Source: Candidatus Hydrogenedentota bacterium
GTDB taxonomy: Bacteria > Hydrogenedentota > Hydrogenedentia > Hydrogenedentales > GCA-2746185
DNA: 33,615 bases
Direction of reading: 5' to 3'
Assembly: GCA_046583315.1 (NCBI GenBank)
Contig: JAYGCN010000078.1
Coordinates: forward strand, 1 to 33,615
In this document: piece by piece, positions 7,315-15,882 of the stretch
How positions within the stretch are numbered: position 1 is the stretch's first letter
Layout of the letters: each line of letters starts with the position of its first letter
Notes under the pieces: model-generated
Told to the model about the DNA's origin: nothing
Databases searched by the model: none
The model's input: the letters and a program-made list of their open reading frames with translations, nothing else
Made by a program: the position numbers and the translations under genes

Positions 7315-8895
7315 CTAGAGTGCTCCCAGGTTACTTTTCACGACCGCTACCTCATCGCCCAGAAAGCCGTTGGCGATCAGATTTACTTGCCATGGGAAGA
7401 CTCCGTAGAAAATACTGTAGCCGATGATCCAGACGCACATACACACGGTGTAGGTACCGATGAGGACGCCGTAGTAGCGCAGAGTGAGGGAAATATAGGC
7501 CTTTCGGTATGCGATTTTGGCGTAGTGCACGACGGATTCCATTTCTTCGGGGTGACCGACCTTTCGACTGACCTCTTCGACGTTGGTGAGTAAGGTCGCG
7601 GGATAGATCTGTCCAAGAAGCAGTACGACGGCGGTCATGCCTATCCATACCCACATCAATACCGTGGCGAGACTTTGCGTGTCGCTACTGAGTACGCTTA
7701 TTCCGTTCAGGGTGAGCAAGAGGAAAAGGTATGCGATGGTAGCTCCGGAAAGAACGATGCGTCCAAAGAGTCCGTGCTTGAGGGTCCACACCGATTTAGG
7801 AAGTTTGAATATACGATACACGCACCATGCTAGAAACCACACGAAGGCGAATACAAAAAATGTTCCGAAGGCGAGTTTGTTGGGAAGCGCTATCAAGGAA
7901 ATCTGGTCGTCGACGATCGCGTCTCTACCTGTTTCGTAAGTGATCAGAGTGTCTCGTGCCTGGGTGAGTCTGATACGGTTCTCGATGGTGGTCTCTGAGA
8001 TCGCTCCGGATTGCTTGTTTTCGATGCGTTCGGAGAGTTCGACGCACTGGTTCTGGATGGTCACGCCTGCGAAGGCCTGGAGTGAGCCGAATGGATCGGA
8101 TGCATTCACGAGCCGTTCGCCCATGGTCTGCAGGTGGCCTATCCAGGTGCGTGCTTCCTGAAATTGTTCGTTATCGATTTTCGCGATAACCGCTTTTTCG
8201 GTGATGTTGGCGAGGCTGTAGAGCGGGGCGCAACTTTCGTCGATTATTTCGCGTTGCAGCATGGCGTATTGGCTTCCGGTCCGGGGAAGATCGATAAACC
8301 AGAATGGGCGTGGAAACTGAATCGTTCCTTCGCGGTTGTTGGTTCGCGCGACGAGAACCATAGCTTCGGCAACGGCTCCCGGATCGTTTCGTTGCTGGGC
8401 GATGGCGGCTGCTTGAAGATAGGCGGGCAACAGGTTTTGCGTGTCGTCGTCGAGCAGAATTTCCGCGCGTTGATATTTGGCTAGAGCCTGTTGTGGGTAG
8501 CCCTTGATGAACAGACGCGATCCGTGTCGCAGCGTGAAGGAGGCATTGTTGTTGTCAATGGCCTGCGCTTCATCGTATTTTTCCAGAATGATGTCGTCTT
8601 CCGATCGCACGGCCAGTGCCTGCGAATATTTGGCGGATGGTTTGTCGGAATTCTTTGCATCTTCTTTGATGGCGGAGATAAAAAGGACTCGGGAGGAATC
8701 TTTGCGCAGGGTCAGTGCACTGCGATAAAGGGAATCGGCCTGACTGTAGCGGAAGTATTGTTCGGCGATCCACATGCTTGCTGTGAGTGCGGCAACGGCA
8801 AGGACACACAATCGAAACGCTTTGCGTGTGCGGTGGGCACCGGAACGGTCTCCCCCGTCTCCGTAATCCGGAAATTCTGGTATTTCGCTGTTCAA
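7315..8895 (-). CDS. Hypothetical membrane protein (N-terminal TM, helical TPR-like extracytoplasmic region, about 4 C-terminal TM helices)
   Basis: 526-aa ORF coupled to pgi (4-nt overlap). Hydrophobic segments and a TPR-like stretch 'YDEAQAIDNNNASFTLRHGSRLFIKGYPQQALAKYQRA'. Confidence 0.7.
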   Translation of the reverse strand: MNSEIPEFPDYGDGGDRSGAHRTRKAFRLCVLAVAALTASMWIAEQYFRYSQADSLYRSALTLRKDSSRVLFISAIKEDAKNSDKPSAKYSQALAVRSEDDIILEKYDEAQAIDNNNASFTLRHGSRLFIKGYPQQALAKYQRAEILLDDDTQNLLPAYLQAAAIAQQRNDPGAVAEAMVLVARTNNREGTIQFPRPFWFIDLPRTGSQYAMLQREIIDESCAPLYSLANITEKAVIAKIDNEQFQEARTWIGHLQTMGERLVNASDPFGSLQAFAGVTIQNQCVELSERIENKQSGAISETTIENRIRLTQARDTLITYETGRDAIVDDQISLIALPNKLAFGTFFVFAFVWFLAWCVYRIFKLPKSVWTLKHGLFGRIVLSGATIAYLFLLLTLNGISVLSSDTQSLATVLMWVWIGMTAVVLLLGQIYPATLLTNVEEVSRKVGHPEEMESVVHYAKIAYRKAYISLTLRYYGVLIGTYTVCMCVWIIGYSIFYGVFPWQVNLIANGFLGDEVAVVKSNLGAL

Positions 8896-10259
8896 ACCTT
8901 CTCTCCCATGTTCTTTCGAGTGAATACTTTTATCAACTCTACTGCGGGCTGATCAAATGCGTCAATTTCGAAGAGTTGGCCTGCCATGGCTGTTTCCACT
9001 TCGAGCATGTATAGAAACTGGCTGATCGTTGATTCGTTGACCTCTGGAAAGGTCACACGTATCACGGGTCGATCACACTCACGTAGGGCATCGACGGTCG
9101 CGCGTCGTTCGGCACTCATGAGTTGATTCATCGTTTTGCCTTGGAGATACTTTGCGCTGGGCAAGGACTTCTCGGATTTCGGGATAGTCAGTTTCGTGTT
9201 GAATTTTGTTTCTTCGAGCACGGTGAGCAGTTTGTCGTTGGGGCCTTCGAGATAGAGCTGCAGCTGGGAGTGCTGATCGGTGGCGCCCAGGGCTTTAATT
9301 GGAGTCTGTCCCACTGAATAAGCGGGCGTATCCTTCGTTGCAGGCACGATTTTGCCTATACTCTCGGCCCACAGTTGACAGTACCAGTCGGAAACACCTT
9401 TGAGTTTATCGGAATAGGGCAACATCACAGACATCGCCTTGCCTTTTTTCTGGCACAGGAGGTAATGCACGGCGGCGCGCAAGTAGGCGGGATTCTCGAG
9501 GAGTGATGCCTTGCTGGTACGTTTGTCCATCGCGCGGCAACCACTGATCATCGCGTCGATATTCATGCCGAGTACCGAGGCCGGGAATAAACCGACTGGA
9601 GAGAAGATCGAAAAACGTCCGCCGACGTTAAGCGGGATTTGGAAGGCGGGTAGTTTGTATCGTTGTTGAATTTGCTGAAGGGGAGAAGCTTTTCCTTTTG
9701 AGGATGGCGGACTCATGGTTACGACAACGTGTTTCTTCAGTTGCGCGGTATCCAGGTGTTTCTTGAGCGAATCGAGCACGATGAGGAGCTGACTGATCGT
9801 TTCGGCTGTGCCGCCGGATTTGGAGATGACGTTGAAGACAGTCTTCTCGGGAGGACAGACACGCAACATTTCCGCGAAGGTGTCGGGATCGACGTTGTCC
9901 ATCACGAACAGCTTGGGCGCTCCCCCCCGTTCTTCGCGAGTGAGCTGATTGTGGTATGGGGACTTGAGCGCGGTGAACAGCGTAGTGATTCCGAGTGCCG
10001 ATCCGCCGATGCCCAACACGACGAGGTTGTCGATGTCGGATTTGGCGTAGGTCGTCGCAAGTTTTTTTACGGATGCGACGGCTTTCTTGTCTTTGTAGAG
10101 GTCATAAAAGCCATATTTCTTACTGGCACGATCCGCGCGGAGTTGTTTGTGGGCGGCCTTGATACGGGCTTCGAGGTCGCGCAGGTCCTTCGGGGTGATG
10201 CCGTGTTCGGGAGTTACCGCAGATGATTTTGCGCGACTGATATCGATCTTGATTTCCAT
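8892..10259 (-). CDS. pgi: Glucose-6-phosphate isomerase
   Basis: 'LGIGGSALG', 'DNVDP', 'ISKSGGTAET', 'VGGRFS', 'QLWAESIGK', 'GATDQHSQLQL', 'FDQPAVELIK'. Confidence 0.95.
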   Translation of the reverse strand: MEIKIDISRAKSSAVTPEHGITPKDLRDLEARIKAAHKQLRADRASKKYGFYDLYKDKKAVASVKKLATTYAKSDIDNLVVLGIGGSALGITTLFTALKSPYHNQLTREERGGAPKLFVMDNVDPDTFAEMLRVCPPEKTVFNVISKSGGTAETISQLLIVLDSLKKHLDTAQLKKHVVVTMSPPSSKGKASPLQQIQQRYKLPAFQIPLNVGGRFSIFSPVGLFPASVLGMNIDAMISGCRAMDKRTSKASLLENPAYLRAAVHYLLCQKKGKAMSVMLPYSDKLKGVSDWYCQLWAESIGKIVPATKDTPAYSVGQTPIKALGATDQHSQLQLYLEGPNDKLLTVLEETKFNTKLTIPKSEKSLPSAKYLQGKTMNQLMSAERRATVDALRECDRPVIRVTFPEVNESTISQFLYMLEVETAMAGQLFEIDAFDQPAVELIKVFTRKNMGEKV

Positions 10260-10262
10260 AAA

Positions 10263-12824
10263 TTACTTCGTATCCTTGTTGCTTGGGTCGAGAAAGTCCC
10301 GGACTCCGTCAAATACGGGGCCTCGAGTATCCTGTATGGTTGGCATTGTCGGAAGGGAGCGCAGAAACAGCTTTCCGTATGACTTCTGATTCACGCGCGT
10401 ATCCAGCACAACGATGACCCCGCGATCGGTTTTCGTGCGAATGAGGCGCCCGATGCCTTGACGGAATTTAATTATGGCAAGGGGTAAGGTGTAGTCGTGG
10501 AATGCGCTCCCCCCTTCCTTATCGATTCGTTCGGCACGGGCCTGAAATATTGGCTCGGTAGGAACGCGAAAAGGAAGTTTGTGGAGTATAACACACTGCA
10601 GGGATTGCCCGGCAACGTCGACGCCCTCCCAGAAACTGTCGGTCGCGAAAAGGACGCTGCTGGAATCGGCCCGAAAGCGCTCCAGTAACACGCTTCGAGT
10701 GGATTTTCCTTGTTTGAGAACTGTGATCCCTTGTTGGCGTAGCATCCCTTCGAGTTTGCTGACGGCTACGTTCAAGGCGTAGAAGGAGGTGAACAACACG
10801 AAGGCGTGGCCTTTGGTGACAGTGAGTGTTTCGCCGATGGCTTCAATGGATGCGTCGAGAAAGGCGGGCGCATCTGGCGGGGGGATATCCTGGGGAAGAA
10901 AGAGGCGCGCTTGTTTTTCGAAGTCGAAGGGTGAATCGAGCATGCTCATTAAGAGAGGTCGATCCGTGATTTTTTCCAGGCCGATGCGTTCAAGGAGGAA
11001 GTCGAAAGAACCGGCAACGGAGAGCGTGGCTGAGGTCATTGTGATCGATTTGAGATTGGGGTATACCCATTCGGCGAGGGCATCCCCCACGTGGAGGGGA
11101 CACCGAATGATTCGCACGATTTGGGTACGTTCGCTCTCGATTTCAACCCAGGGCACGACGGTGGGGTCGACCTTGTCACTGGTGCCGGCACTGAGCGCAT
11201 TGGCGAAACGAATTAAACGATCGCGGTAGGCGGTGAGTTGTGTGATTTCGATGGACAAGGGTGGTTCCGTTCCGTCGTCGTAGGGTATTCGTTTGAGTCG
11301 GCTTAGAAGTTGATTGCAATGGGAGACGAGTTGATGGGTGTCTTCGGCGACGGGCATGACGAGGGTGGTATGAATATCCCTGAGCTCGGATGATCGAATG
11401 ATGTCTGGGAGGAGCCGCCATTTGATGTCGCGGCCGACCTGTTTGCATCGCTCGGCGGCAAGGCTTCGAATGGCCTGGAACGCGATCACGACACCTTCGC
11501 GCAGATTGGCTATTTCGGGGATCACGGTCAGGTCGATGATGTCGAGGATCGCGTTCTGGTCGTCTTTACTAAAGTTCGGGGCCTGTTGAACCAGTTTGAC
11601 CTTGATGAACGGGAGTAAACCGCGTTCTTGGCCCCGTTCTTTTCGAATGAATCGACCGAAAAGATTGAGCGCGCCGAGTTGGGTAACCTCGGTTCCGAAA
11701 TACTCGGTGGCAGAGTCTTCGATGTGATGGGCTTCGTCGATGATGAGCCGCTCGAAGGCGGGAAGGACTGCCAGCGCGGTAAAGGTGCCCATTTCTTTCT
11801 TGATGGCCATGTCCGAGAAGAGCATGTGATGATTCACTACGAGGATATCGGCTTTGGCGACCTCGCGTCGCGCTTTGGTGATGAAACAGTTTCCGCTCAT
11901 CTGGCATTGGCTGGCGGTGCAGGTGTCGGATTCGGAGCACACTTTTTCCCACAGGCCGCGCGGAGGCACAAAGGGGAGATCGGCTGTGCTTCCGTCCTCG
12001 GTCTTCTCGGCCCAGGATGCGATATCTTTCAACATCTGTTGCTCGTCCTCGTCTTCGAAGAGGGATGCTTCGGAGAGGGCCCGGTCGAGACGTGTTTTGC
12101 ACAGATAATTGGAGCGGCCTTTGACGAGTACCGCGTTGAATGGTTCTTCGATGGCCGTTTGCAGGAGTGGGATATCTTTGGCGATGATTTGTTCTTGCAG
12201 GTTGATGGTGCGGGTCGAGATCACGACGCGTTCTTTGTTCTGCAAGGCCCAGCGAACGGCGGGAATGAGGTAGGCCAGGGTTTTACCAACCCCTGTCGGA
12301 GCCTCAATCACGGCGATTGCGTTTTCGTTGAAACTCTGTGCAACCATCCCCATCATTTCGATCTGTTGGGGGCGTAACTCAAAATTTTGGAGTGATTTCC
12401 GGAGTGGACCGTTCTCCCCCATTATAGAGGCAAGGTCGCTAGTATCCAGTTTGGTTTTACTTGAGTCCAGGAAGGGTTCTACGATAACGTAAACATTTTC
12501 GACGGGGTTGTCTACGATATAGACACCGTGGCCGTTGTTGCTATAGACGACGGCGAGTTCAAGGTCGGGTTCGGAGGGCCCGATATCGCCCGTCGGATGG
12601 TTGTGGATGACGACGTCGCGGGGTTGGATACCGTCGAAGATTGCCGGCACGGCACTGGAATGGCCTCGCGCACAAACGCGTATGGCGGTCACGATGCCTT
12701 GGGGGTCAAGCGTGCCCGCGCAGAACACCTCTCGTCCCCCGGCTTCGGCGATGGCTTCGCGAAGATCACGAATGGCAGTGAGCGAGAATCGTGATTTCGT
12801 GGACTGGCCGAGTGTTGAGGGCAT
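10263..12824 (-). CDS. dinG: DinG/XPD-family SF2 helicase with N-terminal JAB/MPN (RadC-like) domain
   Basis: JAMM motif 'GREV...HNHPTGDIGPSEPD'. Q-motif 'ELRPQQ', Walker A 'APTGVGKT', 'KGRSNYLC', Cys cluster 'DTCTASQCQMSGNC', 'DEAHH', 'TSATL', 'FWEGVDV', 'RQGIGRLIR'. Confidence 0.9.
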   Translation of the reverse strand: MPSTLGQSTKSRFSLTAIRDLREAIAEAGGREVFCAGTLDPQGIVTAIRVCARGHSSAVPAIFDGIQPRDVVIHNHPTGDIGPSEPDLELAVVYSNNGHGVYIVDNPVENVYVIVEPFLDSSKTKLDTSDLASIMGENGPLRKSLQNFELRPQQIEMMGMVAQSFNENAIAVIEAPTGVGKTLAYLIPAVRWALQNKERVVISTRTINLQEQIIAKDIPLLQTAIEEPFNAVLVKGRSNYLCKTRLDRALSEASLFEDEDEQQMLKDIASWAEKTEDGSTADLPFVPPRGLWEKVCSESDTCTASQCQMSGNCFITKARREVAKADILVVNHHMLFSDMAIKKEMGTFTALAVLPAFERLIIDEAHHIEDSATEYFGTEVTQLGALNLFGRFIRKERGQERGLLPFIKVKLVQQAPNFSKDDQNAILDIIDLTVIPEIANLREGVVIAFQAIRSLAAERCKQVGRDIKWRLLPDIIRSSELRDIHTTLVMPVAEDTHQLVSHCNQLLSRLKRIPYDDGTEPPLSIEITQLTAYRDRLIRFANALSAGTSDKVDPTVVPWVEIESERTQIVRIIRCPLHVGDALAEWVYPNLKSITMTSATLSVAGSFDFLLERIGLEKITDRPLLMSMLDSPFDFEKQARLFLPQDIPPPDAPAFLDASIEAIGETLTVTKGHAFVLFTSFYALNVAVSKLEGMLRQQGITVLKQGKSTRSVLLERFRADSSSVLFATDSFWEGVDVAGQSLQCVILHKLPFRVPTEPIFQARAERIDKEGGSAFHDYTLPLAIIKFRQGIGRLIRTKTDRGVIVVLDTRVNQKSYGKLFLRSLPTMPTIQDTRGPVFDGVRDFLDPSNKDTK

Positions 12825-12839
12825 GGATTCTTAAAGGGT

Positions 12840-13403
12840 TTAGACGCTGCGCGAAATCAGTTTCAGGAATTCGTTACGGGTGGCCTGGTCACTTCGGAAT
12901 GAACCGAGTACGGAGGAGGTGGTCATGACGGAGTTTTGTTTTTCCACGCCGCGCATCATGGAGCATAGGTGTCTGCATTCGATGACGACTCCTACCCCGT
13001 CGGCTTCGGTGACATCCATGATCTCCTGGGCGATTTCTCCGGTGAGTCGTTCTTGAATCTGGAGCCGGCGCGCGTAGTGATCGACGATGCGTGCGAGTTT
13101 GCTCAGGCCGAGGACTTTCTTGTCTGCGACGTAGCCAATATGGCAGCGTCCGTAGAAGGGCAGAAGATGGTGTTCGCAAAGACTGTAGACTTCAATATCC
13201 CGCGAAATAATCATGTTGTTCGATTCGGATTCGAATATCGCGTCGTTGATGATTTCGTCGATGTTGGAGCGATACCCGGAGGTGAGGAATTCCCACGAAT
13301 TGGCTACGCGGAGCGGAGTTTTTTCGAGGCCTCCACGGCTCGGGTCCTCGTCAATGGCCTCGAGTAATTCTTTCATGAGACGCTCTACGCGGTCTTTATC
13401 CAT
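12840..13403 (-). CDS. folE: GTP cyclohydrolase I
   Basis: '[10 protein letters not shown]', '[10 protein letters not shown]', 'GLSKLAR', '[10 protein letters not shown]', 'HLCSMMRGV'. Confidence 0.97.
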   Translation of the reverse strand: MDKDRVERLMKELLEAIDEDPSRGGLEKTPLRVANSWEFLTSGYRSNIDEIINDAIFESESNNMIISRDIEVYSLCEHHLLPFYGRCHIGYVADKKVLGLSKLARIVDHYARRLQIQERLTGEIAQEIMDVTEADGVGVVIECRHLCSMMRGVEKQNSVMTTSSVLGSFRSDQATRNEFLKLISRSV

Positions 13404-13926
13404 GGAGCAGACCTTTCTGGAGAAGGTGGGTTAGGGAGTTATCCACTTTGAGGAGTGACTCCGGACTCGTTGGTGCGTGGGTTGCAAGATCCCCCGCGAG
13501 GCCGGGGATGCAAATCGTGGGCGCAATCTCCAGCAGGGGTATGGTAACAAATGGATGTTGCCAAATGGCACTGTCGGGTACTTTGACGGAGCCTGAGTGA
13601 AGTTCGAGGTCTTTGTAGAGAATGATATCGAGATCGATGGTCCGTGGTGCGTATCGGTCCTCGGTTCGAATGCGTCCCTGTGCGGTTTCGATGGGTCTGA
13701 GCACGTCAAATTTGAGGATTTCAGGCGGGATATCGGTTTCTATTGCGATAACACCGTTTCGGTATTGGGGCTGTTCGGGGCGGCCTTCTGCGTCGCTAAT
13801 ATAGAAGGAGGAAATGGCATTGAGGGTGATGCCTGGGGAATTCGCCACCGCAGTCACTGCTGGTGGGATATGTTCGCCGGGATCGATGTTGGAGCCTACG
13901 GCAATATAGACGAGTTCGGAAACCAT
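13396..13926 (-). CDS. folK: 2-amino-4-hydroxy-6-hydroxymethyldihydropteridine diphosphokinase (HPPK)
   Basis: 'YIAVGSNI', 'QPQYRNGV', 'IETAQGRIR...[13 protein letters not shown]', 'FVTIPLLEI'. Confidence 0.95.
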   Translation of the reverse strand: MVSELVYIAVGSNIDPGEHIPPAVTAVANSPGITLNAISSFYISDAEGRPEQPQYRNGVIAIETDIPPEILKFDVLRPIETAQGRIRTEDRYAPRTIDLDIILYKDLELHSGSVKVPDSAIWQHPFVTIPLLEIAPTICIPGLAGDLATHAPTSPESLLKVDNSLTHLLQKGLLHG

Positions 13927-13938
13927 TGACTGCTGTCC

Positions 13939-14316
13939 TTACTCAAAATCCGCGCGGGTACGCGAAATTTCCACGGCGACGCTTCGTGCGAACCGTAGTG
14001 CGCCGGGTTTATCGATGCTGACGTCGACGGCTTCGACTCTGGCATCTTTGAATGCGATCTGAACGATTTGATCGGCGAGTTTTTCCAGTAGCAGGTATTC
14101 GGATTGCTGGACCATCGCGAGCACTTCTTTTTTGATGGTTTTGTAATTGACGGTGTCCTCAATATTGTCGCTGCGACCGGCTTCACGCAGATCGGTATGC
14201 AGGGTGATATTGACGATGACGTCCTGTTTTTCACGGCGTTCATCCGGATATATTCCCACGATGCAACGGACCAGAAGATCCCGAATGAATATGCGATCGC
14301 CAGATGGATTACTCAT
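13939..14316 (-). CDS. folB: Dihydroneopterin aldolase/epimerase family protein (FolB, with FolX-like features)
   Basis: 'DRIFIRDL...IVGIYPDERREKQDV', 'SDNIEDTVNY', 'LLEKLA', 'KPGALRFARSVAV'. Adjacent to folK and folE. Confidence 0.85.
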   Translation of the reverse strand: MSNPSGDRIFIRDLLVRCIVGIYPDERREKQDVIVNITLHTDLREAGRSDNIEDTVNYKTIKKEVLAMVQQSEYLLLEKLADQIVQIAFKDARVEAVDVSIDKPGALRFARSVAVEISRTRADFE

Positions 14317-15040
14317 AGACTCTGCCTTTCAGGTGACGGCCACCATCGATATAAATGATTTGACCGGTGATGGAGGGATTTGAGATTAGAAAATCGATGG
14401 TCTCTGAAACTTCGAGCGGATTTCCAATGTGGTTGAGTGGATTGGTGTGTCTGAGTGCTTCCAAGTGCTCTTCAGTTTGGCCTTCGGGTGGAAGGATTAA
14501 GCCTGGAGCGATGCCGTTTACGCGTACCTCGGGTGCCCATTCGAGCGCCATCATGGCCGTGAGACTCTGCAATGCGCGTTTGCTGAGATGGTAGGAGACG
14601 TGTTGACGGTCGTAATCTTGTATGCGGGTGTCCAGGAGGTTGGTAACGGTGGCAAGCGTTCCGGATTCGTGCAGGGTTCGGGCCAAAAAGAGTGGGACGA
14701 GCGTATTGATGTTGAAATTTTCTTGAATCGAGTCTGCGTTCAGTGTGTTCAGTGTATCTTCGGGGAAAATGGAGGCGTTGTTGATTAAGTGATGAATGTC
14801 GCCGAAGCTTTTCCGGACCGTCACCGCGAGATTTTTGCAACTTGTCTCGTCGCTGAGGTGTGCCTGCACGCAGTGAGCGTCTCCCCCGCCTTCGTTGATC
14901 AAATCCGCCAGTTGTTGTGCCTCGTCACCTGATTGGTCGTGATGAATGATTACTCGATAGCCTTTGGCACCGAGATGCTCGCTGATGGATTTTCCGAGTC
15001 GTCGCGCGCCCCCGGTGATAAGAACAGTCTGATTGTTCAT
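14309..15040 (-). CDS. Short-chain dehydrogenase/reductase, pteridine reductase (PTR1/FolM-like)
   Basis: 'TGGARRLG' (Arg variant typical of PTR1/FolM), 'NNASIF', YxxxK 'YHLSK', 'VNGIAPGLI'. Lies in a pterin gene cluster. Confidence 0.85.
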   Translation of the reverse strand: MNNQTVLITGGARRLGKSISEHLGAKGYRVIIHHDQSGDEAQQLADLINEGGGDAHCVQAHLSDETSCKNLAVTVRKSFGDIHHLINNASIFPEDTLNTLNADSIQENFNINTLVPLFLARTLHESGTLATVTNLLDTRIQDYDRQHVSYHLSKRALQSLTAMMALEWAPEVRVNGIAPGLILPPEGQTEEHLEALRHTNPLNHIGNPLEVSETIDFLISNPSITGQIIYIDGGRHLKGRVYE

Positions 15041-15071
15041 GGTGATTCCGTATTCACGCCTGTGTCACGAA

Positions 15072-15878
15072 TTATTTAAAGGGAGGAGCTTGTTCCGCCG
15101 CTTCGCGGATGTCAATTGCGGGGAGCAATATAACCGCCATGTTGTCTTCGGGACCGGCGAAGGGATTGCCGCTGGAGGATTTGATTACGCGCAGGAAATA
15201 CACACCTATCAAATGACCGTCGGTCGTAAATGCGGGAGCACCGACGCCTGATTGCAGGGTACTTGAGCTGCCTACGATATAAAATTTGCGTGGTTTCGTC
15301 ACAATCGCGGAGACGCGTTGGGTGCTGACGGCGTGCGCGCGACGCACGACCCGACCCATGCGGCTGATGTTCACGACATGATCGAGGTGCTTGGGGTCGC
15401 CGGACTCGCTCAGATTGACGTGCGGGAGGGCTTCCTCGGGTTTTGTAACGGGTCGGATGAAGGCCATATCGAGATCTTTGTCGCGCAGGACCACTTCGGC
15501 ATCGAGTTCGGTGTTGTCGGCGAGAATCATTTTGAGCGTTTTGATTTCCGAATCGATCTTGAAACCGTCCATCTGGCCCATGCCGGCCATCATGCTTTCG
15601 AAGAGTGCTGAGGGGTCGGTCTCGGTGAGTGAGACCACCGTGAGGCCGTCTGCCCCGATGAGTGTACCGGTCGCTTCGATTTTCATTTCCATATCGTCGG
15701 AGGGCATGCCGGGAAAGGAGAATTTCTGATTGATGACAAGTTCAATAGTGATGACGGTTGCTTTTCGTGCTTCGAGAATTGTGCGTCCTTTGGATGCAAG
15801 ATCATCGGCGTGGCTGAGTTGCGATGTAAACGTAAACGCGGTCAGCAATGCGAGAGTCAGCGTAAAGGTTGATTTCAT
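15072..15878 (-). CDS. Exported trypsin-like (S1C-fold) protease homologue, probably catalytically inactive
   Basis: Signal peptide. HtrA-like segments 'ATGTLIGADGLTVV', 'AEVVLRDKDLDMAFI' and 'GAPAFTTDGHLIGV', but neither the TNxH His nor the GNSGG Ser is present. Confidence 0.75.
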   Translation of the reverse strand: MKSTFTLTLALLTAFTFTSQLSHADDLASKGRTILEARKATVITIELVINQKFSFPGMPSDDMEMKIEATGTLIGADGLTVVSLTETDPSALFESMMAGMGQMDGFKIDSEIKTLKMILADNTELDAEVVLRDKDLDMAFIRPVTKPEEALPHVNLSESGDPKHLDHVVNISRMGRVVRRAHAVSTQRVSAIVTKPRKFYIVGSSSTLQSGVGAPAFTTDGHLIGVYFLRVIKSSSGNPFAGPEDNMAVILLPAIDIREAAEQAPPFK

Positions 15879-15882
15879 TTGT

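Noticed and set aside
11628..12377. 249-aa plus-strand ORF opposite the helicase, and the many other short overlapping ORFs in the track
   Set aside because: Fully nested in confident genes, with no SD or motif support.
10263..12824. DinG as CasDinG of a type IV CRISPR system or part of a defence island
   Set aside because: No cas genes or array are present, and the neighbours are housekeeping genes.
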